Source: Candidatus Campbellbacteria bacterium
Lineage (GTDB): Bacteria > Patescibacteriota > Minisyncoccia > Phycocordibacterales > CSBR16-193
Direction: 5' to 3'
NCBI GenBank assembly: GCA_007117035.1
Contig: SKHG01000018.1
Span: 1 to 60,179 of the forward strand
DNA: 60,179 bases
Shown here: piece after piece, positions 39,486-48,406 of the stretch
How positions within the stretch are numbered: position 1 is the first letter of the stretch
Layout: every line of letters starts with the position of its first letter
Translations under genes and position numbers: made by a program
The notes under the pieces: generated by a model
Told to the model about the DNA's origin: nothing
What the model saw: the letters and a program-made list of their open reading frames with translations, nothing else
Database searches by the model: none

Positions 39486-40007
39486 CTATTTACTTTCTTC
39501 TTCAGACTTAGGTTCTTCTTCTTTTTTATCGATCACTGGACTCTCAGTCGACTGTTCTTCCTTTACGTCTTCAGGTTGCACTTCAGGTTCAACCGGACTC
39601 TCTTCTGCTACCTGCTTATTTTCTTCAACAACAGGTTTCTCTTCCTCAGTTTTTTCTGAAGCATTTTCTTTTGCTTCATTAGAACTTACCTTTGGAGGCT
39701 CAGATTCACCTTCTTCTTTTTCTTTTACGATTGGAGATTTCTTTGGCAAAACATTAATCTTTTTCCCTTCCAATACTCCAGCATCAACCATTAGGTTGTG
39801 AACAGTATCAGAAACTTGTGCACCGTTTGCTAACCAGTGTTTTACCCTATCTTCTTTAAAGTTTAATCGGCTTTCTCGTCTGGAATCATAATCTCCCAGA
39901 ATCTCTATATTCTTTCCACTCTTCGGTCCGGACCTAGAATCGGTTACCACCAATCTAAAAACCGGCTCGTGTTTTCTACCAACTCTCTGTAATCTGATCT
40001 TTAACAT
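39486..40007 (-). CDS. rpsP: 30S ribosomal protein S16 with acidic C-terminal extension
   Basis: MLKIRLQRVGRK...WLANGAQVSDTV; about 75-aa E/K/P-rich tail. Confidence 0.95.
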   Translation of the reverse strand: MLKIRLQRVGRKHEPVFRLVVTDSRSGPKSGKNIEILGDYDSRRESRLNFKEDRVKHWLANGAQVSDTVHNLMVDAGVLEGKKINVLPKKSPIVKEKEEGESEPPKVSSNEAKENASEKTEEEKPVVEENKQVAEESPVEPEVQPEDVKEEQSTESPVIDKKEEEPKSEEESK

Positions 40008-40105
40008 CAAGTTATCTTAACAAACCAAGAAGAAAAGTCAACGTATTACACCCCCATCTAAGATAAGTACTAAAACGAGATTAGAAAATGTGGTACAGTA
40101 GCTCA

Positions 40106-42043
40106 ATGAGTAATAAAAACAAAAACAAAGATTCTCTTAATAGTAGTAAATCCAAAACCTTTAGTGGAGTAATCTCTATCTCTGCTCGTGGTGTTGGATA
40201 CCTTCCCACTACTGAGTTTGAAAAAGATATTAAAATTGAAGAACACGATCTAAACACAGCATTACCTGATGATGAAGTTGAAGTTAGTCTTTTGGCAAAG
40301 AAAAAAGAACTTCTCGGACAGGTTGTGGGTATAAAAAAAAGAGCTAGAGAAACTATTGTTGGGGTTATCGAGAAAAAAGGTAATGTTTGTTTTGTTCTGC
40401 CAGACAACAATCGCTTTTATAGAGACATCCTGATTCCAGAACCACCTAAGGATATAGAAGACGGACACAAAGCGGTTGTTAAGTTTCTACGATGGGACGA
40501 TCCTAAAAAGAATCCAGAAGGACAGATACTGAGGATTCTAGGACTGTCTGGAGAACACGAGGTTGAGATGAACTCAATCATTATTGAAAAAGGTTTTGAA
40601 GTTGATTTTCCGGAAACAGTTGAAAAAGAGGCTCGCAAACTTAAAGAACAAAACACTCCTATTCCACAAAAAGAAATTGAGAGTCGCAGAGATCTACGTG
40701 AGACAACTACTCTAACCATTGATCCAGAAACTGCTAAAGATTTTGACGATGCCCTTTCCTTTAAGGACCTTGGTGATGACAAGTTCGAGATTGGGATTCA
40801 CATTGCCGACGTTGCACACTTCGTGACTGAAGGGTCTGCTATTGATAAAGAAGCTCGTCGTCGCGGGACATCAGTCTATTTAGTAGACCGAACTATTCCG
40901 ATGCTACCAGAGGTCTTATCTAATGACCTTTGTAGTTTAAATCCTGGCGAAGATAAACTAGCCTTTTCAGCTGTTTTCCAATTAAATCGTAAAGGAGAAG
41001 TTTTGGAGAAATATTTTGATCGAACCCTGATACGTTCAGACAAACGTTTTAGTTACAAAGAAGCCGAGGAAGAGATGAAATTAGGAGGAAAATATCAAAC
41101 TGAAATAAAAACACTAAACGAAATAGCAAAAGAACTTCGCAAGAAAAAATCAAGTATGGGGGCAATAGAGTTTGAAAGTGATGAGGTTGCTTTCGAACTA
41201 GACGAAAAAGGTGTGCCAACCCGAGTCTATATAAAAGAGCACTTAGAAACCCACAAACTTATTGAGGAATTTATGTTGCTAGCTAATCGTGAGGTTGCAA
41301 TGTTTCTAGATGATAAAGTCAAAAAACAAAAAGCGATCTATCGTATACACGAAAAACCAAACCCAGATAAACTTGAAGAACTTTTTATTTTTCTAAAAGC
41401 TTTGGGACACGAATTCAATATTAAACCGGATCAGATAACACCTAGAGACATTAATAAAATTTTAGATAGGGTCGAAGGTTGTGACGAGGAACCTTTGGTA
41501 AAGACTGCAACTTTACGTAGTATGTCCAAAGCTATTTACTCTACTAAAAACATCGGACATTTCGGTCTAGCCTTCCGACACTACACTCATTTTACATCTC
41601 CAATACGTCGGTACCCAGATCTAATAGTTCACCGTCTGCTTTGGAAAAAAATTCATAATCAAAAACTAAAACAGGATATAACAGCTACTCTAAAAGCCAT
41701 CTCTCAAGAATCTACAGAAAAAGAAATCAGAGCAACCGAGGCTGAACGAGAGTCGATTAGGATGAAACAAGTTGAGTTTATGGAAAACCATATCGGCCAA
41801 ACTTTTGATGCAGTCATCTCAGGTGTAACAACATGGGGTCTTTTTGTTGAGGAACTCAGTACACTCTCGAACGGTATGATTCGTATCTCAAACATCGGAG
41901 ACGAGTACTTTGAACTTGATGAGAAAAATTACCGACTGATTGGCCAAAAAACTAAAACTACCTACTCTTTAGGACAAAAGGTTAAGGTGAAACTAACAGA
42001 TGCTAATTCGCAACAGAGACAACTGAATTTTGTTTTTGCGTAG
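40106..42043 (+). CDS. rnr: Ribonuclease R
   Basis: TIDPETAKDFDDA, HIADV, IEEFMLLAN, HFTSPIRRYPDL, C-terminal S1 domain; start refined to MSNK, 6 nt after TGG-TACAGT. Confidence 0.95.
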   Translation: MSNKNKNKDSLNSSKSKTFSGVISISARGVGYLPTTEFEKDIKIEEHDLNTALPDDEVEVSLLAKKKELLGQVVGIKKRARETIVGVIEKKGNVCFVLPDNNRFYRDILIPEPPKDIEDGHKAVVKFLRWDDPKKNPEGQILRILGLSGEHEVEMNSIIIEKGFEVDFPETVEKEARKLKEQNTPIPQKEIESRRDLRETTTLTIDPETAKDFDDALSFKDLGDDKFEIGIHIADVAHFVTEGSAIDKEARRRGTSVYLVDRTIPMLPEVLSNDLCSLNPGEDKLAFSAVFQLNRKGEVLEKYFDRTLIRSDKRFSYKEAEEEMKLGGKYQTEIKTLNEIAKELRKKKSSMGAIEFESDEVAFELDEKGVPTRVYIKEHLETHKLIEEFMLLANREVAMFLDDKVKKQKAIYRIHEKPNPDKLEELFIFLKALGHEFNIKPDQITPRDINKILDRVEGCDEEPLVKTATLRSMSKAIYSTKNIGHFGLAFRHYTHFTSPIRRYPDLIVHRLLWKKIHNQKLKQDITATLKAISQESTEKEIRATEAERESIRMKQVEFMENHIGQTFDAVISGVTTWGLFVEELSTLSNGMIRISNIGDEYFELDEKNYRLIGQKTKTTYSLGQKVKVKLTDANSQQRQLNFVFA

Positions 42044-42241
42044 AAAAAATTAAAAATATAAAATCTTGCTTTCCATACCAAACATAGTGAATTTTTTAGT
42101 CCAAACTGTCTCTACTTAGTTCACAACACTATTATTAATTTGAATCGAAATATTTGACACGCATTGTATATTATTATATAGTTGTGAAAGGAAATCAAAG
42201 AATACTTCTTTGACAAATCAATACAAAACAAGGAGGTCATT

Positions 42242-43570
42242 ATGACAACAATATTCATATTAGTAGCTGTAGCTACTTTAATTTATGCAGGATTATCTTT
42301 AGTGGTGATCCTCTTTTTAGCCAAAAGAGGTATATACTTCACTCGAATCGAAAAAGGTAATACTGTGTTCATAAACCGAGGAGATGACATGAGGGTTATC
42401 TGGCCAAATGTAGGCGGGTACCGAATGTCAAGTGATTCGGATCTCGATGGTCGACACTGGTTGATCAAAGATGATGATGAAGAAAAAAGAAATAAGGCGT
42501 TCTTTTATGGGGCTATGTGTGGAACTGTGTGGTTCCAAAAATGGCTCTGGGAGACATTCGGTATTCGTTTTATTTCATGGTTCTGGCCTAACACCAGGGT
42601 TCACACCTTTGGAATAGATCGGAAGAGATATCGAGATAAATCTTCCTCGACTAAAGAGACTCCTCTTAGTGACAGAGTTATTGTTTCTCCGGAATGTCCA
42701 GAAGTCTCTTCACTGAGAGTTATAGTTCCTAGACCTATATACATGTCGGAACTTGAACTACCTGGAGATAACTCCAAAATAAATCTCGTCATTTTGCCGA
42801 CTTTTTGGCAAGTTATACCCTCAATTCCAGTGTACTATTACAAAGGGGACTTCTTCCCTTTCATAGACGCTGCTATCGAGGCTACGATGATCGATTTTGT
42901 GGCAACTCACCGAGTAGCAGTCACAGAAGAAGGTGAATTCCATTCAGATGACTGGAATGCGTTGGGAGATGAAGACAAAAAGAAATACTTCCCAGCTCCA
43001 CTGAACTTCTTTCACTGGATGAAGATTGGAAAAGGTGAAGGTTCAGTAATTGAAAAACGTTTTCGGAACCTTAACGCTAGTAGAAGTTTCTACAACAAAG
43101 TAAGAAGGAAAAAAGGAAATGACGGAAAAAAATCAGAGATATTTAAGGAACTTGAGAGAATAACTCACGGGAAACCGCCTGAAATCTCTGGAAATATAAA
43201 GGGAGAAATCCCACACGGTATCATTCCTCGTTTTGGGTTTTCTTTAGTTAGCATTAAGCTTGCTGACTGGGAAGCTCACGAAGACACTCAAAAACTTGGT
43301 GAGGCTATCCTTACGAAACAGACCGAGCTACACAAAGCCGAAGGTACCCGCCAGGAGGCTATGGGTACTCGAGATGCAATCAAACTGAAAGCATCAGCTG
43401 AATCCGATCGGATTAACATGATTATGCAAAAATTAATCGACCAAGGTGTTCCGGCGGATGAAGCAAACCGAACCGTTCAAGTTATTCTTGAGATGGAGAA
43501 TCTGAAAGAATGGAGCGGTAAGACCTATGTAAGAGGAGGTGGTGGTGTGATGGTCCAAGACACTAACTAA
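42242..43570 (+). CDS. SPFH/band-7-like membrane protein (divergent)
   Basis: N-terminal TM, RFGFSLVSIKLADWE then AEG/EA coiled coil typical of SPFH C-termini; TTGACA-17-TATAGT promoter and AAGGAGG SD. Confidence 0.6.
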   Translation: MTTIFILVAVATLIYAGLSLVVILFLAKRGIYFTRIEKGNTVFINRGDDMRVIWPNVGGYRMSSDSDLDGRHWLIKDDDEEKRNKAFFYGAMCGTVWFQKWLWETFGIRFISWFWPNTRVHTFGIDRKRYRDKSSSTKETPLSDRVIVSPECPEVSSLRVIVPRPIYMSELELPGDNSKINLVILPTFWQVIPSIPVYYYKGDFFPFIDAAIEATMIDFVATHRVAVTEEGEFHSDDWNALGDEDKKKYFPAPLNFFHWMKIGKGEGSVIEKRFRNLNASRSFYNKVRRKKGNDGKKSEIFKELERITHGKPPEISGNIKGEIPHGIIPRFGFSLVSIKLADWEAHEDTQKLGEAILTKQTELHKAEGTRQEAMGTRDAIKLKASAESDRINMIMQKLIDQGVPADEANRTVQVILEMENLKEWSGKTYVRGGGGVMVQDTN

Positions 43571-43590
43571 ACCATCTTGTTCTTTACAAG

Positions 43591-43623
43591 CCGGTATCGC
43601 AATTATGCGATACCGGTTTTTTT
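43591..43623 (+). terminator. Intrinsic terminator
   Basis: CCGGTATCGCA-ATTA-TGCGATACCGG-TTTTTTT. Confidence 0.92.
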
Positions 43624-43787
43624 ATTAAAATTTAAATATGTTCTGTGACATTTCAGTAGTCATTAACTACTAATGTATCAAAAGTATCAGAAGTATTTAA
43701 ACATTAAACAATAAATTTGACTTTTCCTATAATCTGTACTATTGTGTTTACAGGATCAACTAACAACAAAAGAAAGGAGTTCTTTAA

Positions 43788-44528
43788 ATGGAAGAAAAAA
43801 AAGAAAGTCAAAAAGAGATCACAAAAAAACAGAGTAAGAACATTAATGGAAGTATCTGGGTTACACTTATTCTAGCGATATCATTTTTTCTATTGGTGTT
43901 CGGACTGACTATATTAATTAAATACCTAGCTGGTTCCACGGGTGTTTTGATAACCCTTGGAAACATGAAAACAGTTCTTGTAGTACTTATAGCACTACCT
44001 TTAGTGATAGCTGTTATAACCCTACTTGGTCTAGCTTTTAAAAAAAAGTCAGAAAACTCAGACTCGAATAAAAAACCCTCAGGGGTAAATAATTCATCTG
44101 ACCCTGTGAGGAAAACTATGCTTGGACTACTAACAATAGCCTTCATAGCTTCAATTGGTTGGATTACAGTCACAACCTTTCGAGGTCTAGCATCAGCCGC
44201 AGCCAGTGCTGGAGCGAGTGTTGTTGAGGCCCGAGAAGAGCGTCGAGCTTCTCTCAGGCAACAAGCAACCAGAGAAAGATTAGTCTCTGTACCAGCTACA
44301 GGGTGGAGCGAAACGATTGGAATTCCATCTAGACATGAATTCCGTTTCTTCGTAAGCGGTAAGGTTGAGGTTCAACCTTTAGGTGACGGCCATATGTTAA
44401 GGAAAGTAACGGTCGCACCAGACACAACATATTTTGAGTTCCCGCGTGGATTTAAAACTATGGGTTTCCGGTTCCGTTCTTTAACAGGTCAAGAAGAAGA
44501 AGTCTTGTTCGAGATCGAAAGGAGGTAA
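43788..44528 (+). CDS. Orphan three-TM protein with C-terminal beta-rich domain
   Basis: TTGACT-17-TATTGT promoter, AAAGGAG SD, three hydrophobic segments. Confidence 0.75.
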   Translation: MEEKKESQKEITKKQSKNINGSIWVTLILAISFFLLVFGLTILIKYLAGSTGVLITLGNMKTVLVVLIALPLVIAVITLLGLAFKKKSENSDSNKKPSGVNNSSDPVRKTMLGLLTIAFIASIGWITVTTFRGLASAAASAGASVVEAREERRASLRQQATRERLVSVPATGWSETIGIPSRHEFRFFVSGKVEVQPLGDGHMLRKVTVAPDTTYFEFPRGFKTMGFRFRSLTGQEEEVLFEIERR

Positions 44529-44532
44529 ACAC

Positions 44533-44566
44533 AAAGCGCGAGGGTTTTAACCCTCGCGCTTTTTTT
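44533..44566. terminator. Intrinsic (likely bidirectional) terminator
   Basis: AAAGCGCGAGGG-TTTTAA-CCCTCGCGCTTT followed by a T-run, between convergent genes. Confidence 0.9.
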
Positions 44567-44587
44567 CTGTAGTCTACCAAAATCTTA

Positions 44588-44914
44588 TTACATCATCAAA
44601 TCAGGTTCTTGGATTCCAAAAGTAGCCAGAAGTGTGTATATAATTCCGTAAACCGAAAACATTATAACCATTCCAATAACACCCCAGAACATATTTCTCT
44701 TACCTTTCTCTCTCGCTTCTTCATTGTCTTGACCTGAGAGAAACTCTATAATACCCCACATAAACATAACCAATGCTAAGACAAAAAGAAGTAAAATCAG
44801 AGGATTAAGAATAAATTCGTTGATTCTTAAAAGTAACGGCGTTATATCAATCGCCGAATGCTCTTGCGCATGTGCGGTCGATACTAGACTAAATTTTTCA
44901 AACAGAAATCTCAT
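44588..44914 (-). CDS. VirB2/TrbC-like pilin paralog 6
   Basis: Signal peptide AHA-Q, two TMs linked by GQDNEEAREKGK, FMWG/MFWG. Confidence 0.75.
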   Translation of the reverse strand: MRFLFEKFSLVSTAHAQEHSAIDITPLLLRINEFILNPLILLLFVLALVMFMWGIIEFLSGQDNEEAREKGKRNMFWGVIGMVIMFSVYGIIYTLLATFGIQEPDLMM

Positions 44915-44938
44915 TTATAAATTCTAAACCAAACTAGA

Positions 44939-45292
44939 TTAATTATCACCGAATTGTGGTAACCCGCCAACATTAGGATCCTTTTCAAAACCAAGACCAT
45001 CAACAAGGACATTGACAATACCAAAGACTCCCAACATCAAAACAAACGCAATAATTCCCCAAAACATTATTTGTTTTCCTTCGGCTCGAGCTGTTTCATC
45101 ACCGGCAAACAGAACAAACTTGGTTAGACCCCACAAGAAGAACAAAAAGGCTAACGCCATCAAGAGCAGAGACAATGTGTCAATCCAGTTCAAAATTCTA
45201 TACAAAAAAGTTGTTATTTCATCTTCTGCAAAAACCAAAACCGGAACAACCAAAACTAACGCAACTGCACCACCTAAAATATATTTTTTCAT
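44939..45292 (-). CDS. VirB2/TrbC-like pilin paralog 5
   Basis: VFA-E signal, ALAFLFFLWGL...AGDETARAEGKQIMFWG. Confidence 0.75.
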   Translation of the reverse strand: MKKYILGGAVALVLVVPVLVFAEDEITTFLYRILNWIDTLSLLLMALAFLFFLWGLTKFVLFAGDETARAEGKQIMFWGIIAFVLMLGVFGIVNVLVDGLGFEKDPNVGGLPQFGDN

Positions 45293-45442
45293 TTTTTTTT
45301 AACTACTAATAATTATAACCAATTTAACGACTAAGCGACCTTTAACATATAAATTATACCAACAAAGTCGATAAATAGGAAACAATGGGTGTGGAAAAGA
45401 ATTTTTCACAGCCATTGTTTTGTTACATAATGCTGAATTTAA

Positions 45443-45793
45443 TTAAAATATATTACCAAGTAGATTAACAATTCCCCAAAGCGATAACATTACTGTAAAT
45501 GCAATTACACCCCAAATCATAATTCTCTTACCCTCCTCAACCTTTTCCTTTTCACCAGCTTGCAAAATAAAAATTGTTAGGCCCCAGATAAAGAACAAGA
45601 ATGCTAGTGCAAAAACTACAATGATTAAAATATCAATTATATTCAGAATTCTAGAAAAAAAGCCAACAAGACCTGGATCATCAGGATCAGGAGTAGTGCC
45701 CCCCCAATTAATTACATCATAAAACTGTGCATTCAACATAATTGGCCAAGCAGTAAGAGGAAGGAATAAACTGTAATATATTTTTTTTATCAT
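45443..45793 (-). CDS. VirB2/TrbC-like pilin paralog 4
   Basis: LNA-Q signal, ALAFLFFIWGL...AGEKEKVEEGKRIMIWG. Confidence 0.75.
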   Translation of the reverse strand: MIKKIYYSLFLPLTAWPIMLNAQFYDVINWGGTTPDPDDPGLVGFFSRILNIIDILIIVVFALAFLFFIWGLTIFILQAGEKEKVEEGKRIMIWGVIAFTVMLSLWGIVNLLGNIF

Positions 45794-45841
45794 ATATATT
45801 TGTATTATATCTAATAATAAATAGTTTTTAAACTATTATAA

Positions 45842-46219
45842 TTATAATTCAGGTAGAAAAGGAATACCTCCCGAATAAAAATCAAAAGTTCCAGTTATAA
45901 CAGCCAAAATACTGCTTAATGAAAAAAGCACCAGAAAAGCAATCACTCCCCAAACGATCAATCTTTTTCCGTTCTTAATATCCTCATCACTACCTCCCGA
46001 CTTAAGGGCTAGAATAAATTTTGCCAGACCCCAAATAAAAATCAAAAAGGCTAAAGCAAGAAGAACTATGACTAGAACAAAAAGTAGATCTATAATAATA
46101 TCCACAAAACCCTCAACTGTGTCCGTTCCACCATACTGAGAAAAGACAAAACTGGATGGAATTAAAGACAAAACAAACAGACCAGATGAACCAAATAAAA
46201 TTTTTGAAATATTTTTCAT
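45842..46219 (-). CDS. VirB2/TrbC-like pilin paralog 3
   Basis: VFS-Q signal, ALAFLIFIWGL...GGSDEDIKNGKRLIVWG. Confidence 0.75.
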   Translation of the reverse strand: MKNISKILFGSSGLFVLSLIPSSFVFSQYGGTDTVEGFVDIIIDLLFVLVIVLLALAFLIFIWGLAKFILALKSGGSDEDIKNGKRLIVWGVIAFLVLFSLSSILAVITGTFDFYSGGIPFLPEL

Positions 46220-46226
46220 AACAATC

Positions 46227-46613
46227 TTAATAATCAGTTATTTGAATAACCGTACCTTCAATTGCATATGCAATTGCCCATGATCCCAAAAGAACAACAG
46301 CACCAATCGCAGTCCAAACAAAAGCATTTTTAGCCTCCTGAAGTTTGTCTGAATTACCTCGAGCCATCACAAACAAAAAACCTGTATAGATTATCGCAAT
46401 AACCACAATTACAAAACCAATTGGAATCACGATTCCATCAATTATTGCGTATATAAGACCTTCAAAAGAATCAATGCCTGTAAGAGGATTCGGTATACCA
46501 CCACCACCAGTTCCACCACCAGCCTGAGCTAGAACTAAATCAGCTTGAAGAAAAGCAAAAGAAAAGAAGACTAATATCACAGCCGGTAAAATAAACTTAA
46601 ATATATTTTTCAT
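46227..46613 (-). CDS. VirB2/TrbC-like pilin paralog 2
   Basis: VLA-Q signal, IPNPL, IIYTGFLFVMARGNSDKLQEAKNAFVWTAIG. Confidence 0.8.
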   Translation of the reverse strand: MKNIFKFILPAVILVFFSFAFLQADLVLAQAGGGTGGGGIPNPLTGIDSFEGLIYAIIDGIVIPIGFVIVVIAIIYTGFLFVMARGNSDKLQEAKNAFVWTAIGAVVLLGSWAIAYAIEGTVIQITDY

Positions 46614-46671
46614 TGTGTTCCAGTTTAACATAATTTAATTAAAACATTTTAATAAATTTAATAAATTCTTT

Positions 46672-47082
46672 TTATGAGAGGACATCATAAACAGGATGAA
46701 TTCTGGCTGGTGCATCACCTAAATCAATATCCGTCAGAGCAAAAAGAATTAAACTAACTATCAACCAAGCCCCCAATACTATAACCAAACCAATTCCAAC
46801 ATTCAAAAAAAGACTGTGTGCCTGCTTTATCTTATCCTGACTACCGCCTGCAGAAATATAGAGAAAACCAGCCCATGCAAACATTAAGGCCGAAATCGGT
46901 ATGGCTATCCAAATCAAAAAATTAATAGAATTTTTTGCTAACTGGACTAAATCATCCCACCCACACCCCCCGGGACCACAATCTGGCACAATCTGTGCCG
47001 AAGATATCACTGGTATAGCTAGAAAAAAAATACCAAAAAAGAGAATAAGAATTTTATTTTTGTGAAGTTTTAATAATTTCAT
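46672..47082 (-). CDS. VirB2/TrbC-like pilin paralog 1 with CxxxxC motif
   Basis: SSA-Q signal, IVPDCGPGGCG, FAWAGFLYISAGGSQDKIKQAH; start overlaps the SBP stop codon. Confidence 0.8.
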   Translation of the reverse strand: MKLLKLHKNKILILFFGIFFLAIPVISSAQIVPDCGPGGCGWDDLVQLAKNSINFLIWIAIPISALMFAWAGFLYISAGGSQDKIKQAHSLFLNVGIGLVIVLGAWLIVSLILFALTDIDLGDAPARIHPVYDVLS

Positions 47083-48395
47083 AAAATATCCATGAGAGAT
47101 TGGTGTGCTCTTTTAATAGCCGAGTTAACACCCTCACGCCCACCAGTAATCGACTCGATCATCTCACGTATAATTTGGTCTGTCTGGTTCGGATCAGGAT
47201 CAAACCAGGACCTAGAACGGATTGCAGAATCATAGAAAACATCAATGTAAAACTCTTGTCGAGTTCTGTTTGATAACATATCTCTACGAACTGGAGGTGT
47301 TGCAAACTCAGCTTCCAAAACACCAAGAGATTTAGATCCTGTCAAAAACATAATAGCAGACAGTGATCTTTGAATATCTTTGGTTGAACGACTAATTGCC
47401 AAACCTTCCATCTGACCTGTTACCACATTACGAATTCGAGGTTCACTACGACCCTCACGCAAATACGGTAAAGGCGCAACATCAAAGTTTAGGTTTGGAT
47501 TGCGAAGTTGAATCTCCTTAATATCACCTGCTCGTCCAAGATACAAAGCTGATCGCCCTTGAGAAAAATACTCGAGAGAATCCGGTAGGTTCCTGTTCCA
47601 GGAGTAAATCCGACGACTCGGATCTGCAAAGTCAACAAAGAATGATACGGCTGAAACTGCAGGAGGTCTGGTAAAACCAAAATTTTGATCTAGGCCCGAA
47701 CGAACAACACCTCCCTCTTTATAGAAAATATCTCCACCAGTCTGCATAATTAATGTTGAGATAATGTCTTTAGCGTGTCGAATATTACGATACTCACCAA
47801 AAGAAATTGCGCTTCTACTGATTGTGCTATTTTCTCTATTTGTAGCTCTCACAGAAAAATCATCAAGGTCTTCCCAAAACTGTATCGGACCAACGAGACC
47901 AATATCTGAATGTATGTCTCTGTTCCAAAACATTACCAAAGGATCGATTATAACAGGTATAGCACTTATACCAGTTTCTGTTAGATATATATCTGCGTGC
48001 TCAACAAAAGTCGATCGGAAGTTTGACTCAGAAAATCTCTCGAAAGGAATATTGACCACAAACTCACGATAGGTTGAGAGTTGATTATCTGACACGAAAA
48101 AAATATCAGGACCACTACCAACAGCTAACGCTCTAATTAACTCGTTTTCAAAAGTGTTAATATTTTTCTTTTGATACCTCAATGTAATGTTTGTCTGCTC
48201 TTCTAGGCCACTAGCCGAAACCCAGTCTCCAAAAATCTCACTGTCCATAAAACCCCAAACTTGCAAACTGATTGGTTGCGGACCACTCTCAGAAGACCTA
48301 AAGGTTGAAAAAAGAATAATTCCAATTACTAAAAGCGCGCCGAATGTACCCATCACGACTAACTGGAACGGACTCATCTGTGAGATACCTTTCAT
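47079..48395 (-). CDS. Extracellular solute-binding protein (family 1, sugar-type), membrane-anchored
   Basis: N-terminal TM, LQVWGFM, AVGSGPDIF, IPVIIDPLVMFWNRD, FSQGRSALY, NPNLNFDVAPLP. Confidence 0.85.
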   Translation of the reverse strand: MKGISQMSPFQLVVMGTFGALLVIGIILFSTFRSSESGPQPISLQVWGFMDSEIFGDWVSASGLEEQTNITLRYQKKNINTFENELIRALAVGSGPDIFFVSDNQLSTYREFVVNIPFERFSESNFRSTFVEHADIYLTETGISAIPVIIDPLVMFWNRDIHSDIGLVGPIQFWEDLDDFSVRATNRENSTISRSAISFGEYRNIRHAKDIISTLIMQTGGDIFYKEGGVVRSGLDQNFGFTRPPAVSAVSFFVDFADPSRRIYSWNRNLPDSLEYFSQGRSALYLGRAGDIKEIQLRNPNLNFDVAPLPYLREGRSEPRIRNVVTGQMEGLAISRSTKDIQRSLSAIMFLTGSKSLGVLEAEFATPPVRRDMLSNRTRQEFYIDVFYDSAIRSRSWFDPDPNQTDQIIREMIESITGGREGVNSAIKRAHQSLMDIL

Positions 48396-48406
48396 ATAAT
48401 ATAATT

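Noticed and set aside
43672-43700. Short 9-nt-period repeat (tgtatcaaa/agtatcaga/agtatttaa)
   Set aside because: Three degenerate AT-rich units; not distinguishable from chance by eye
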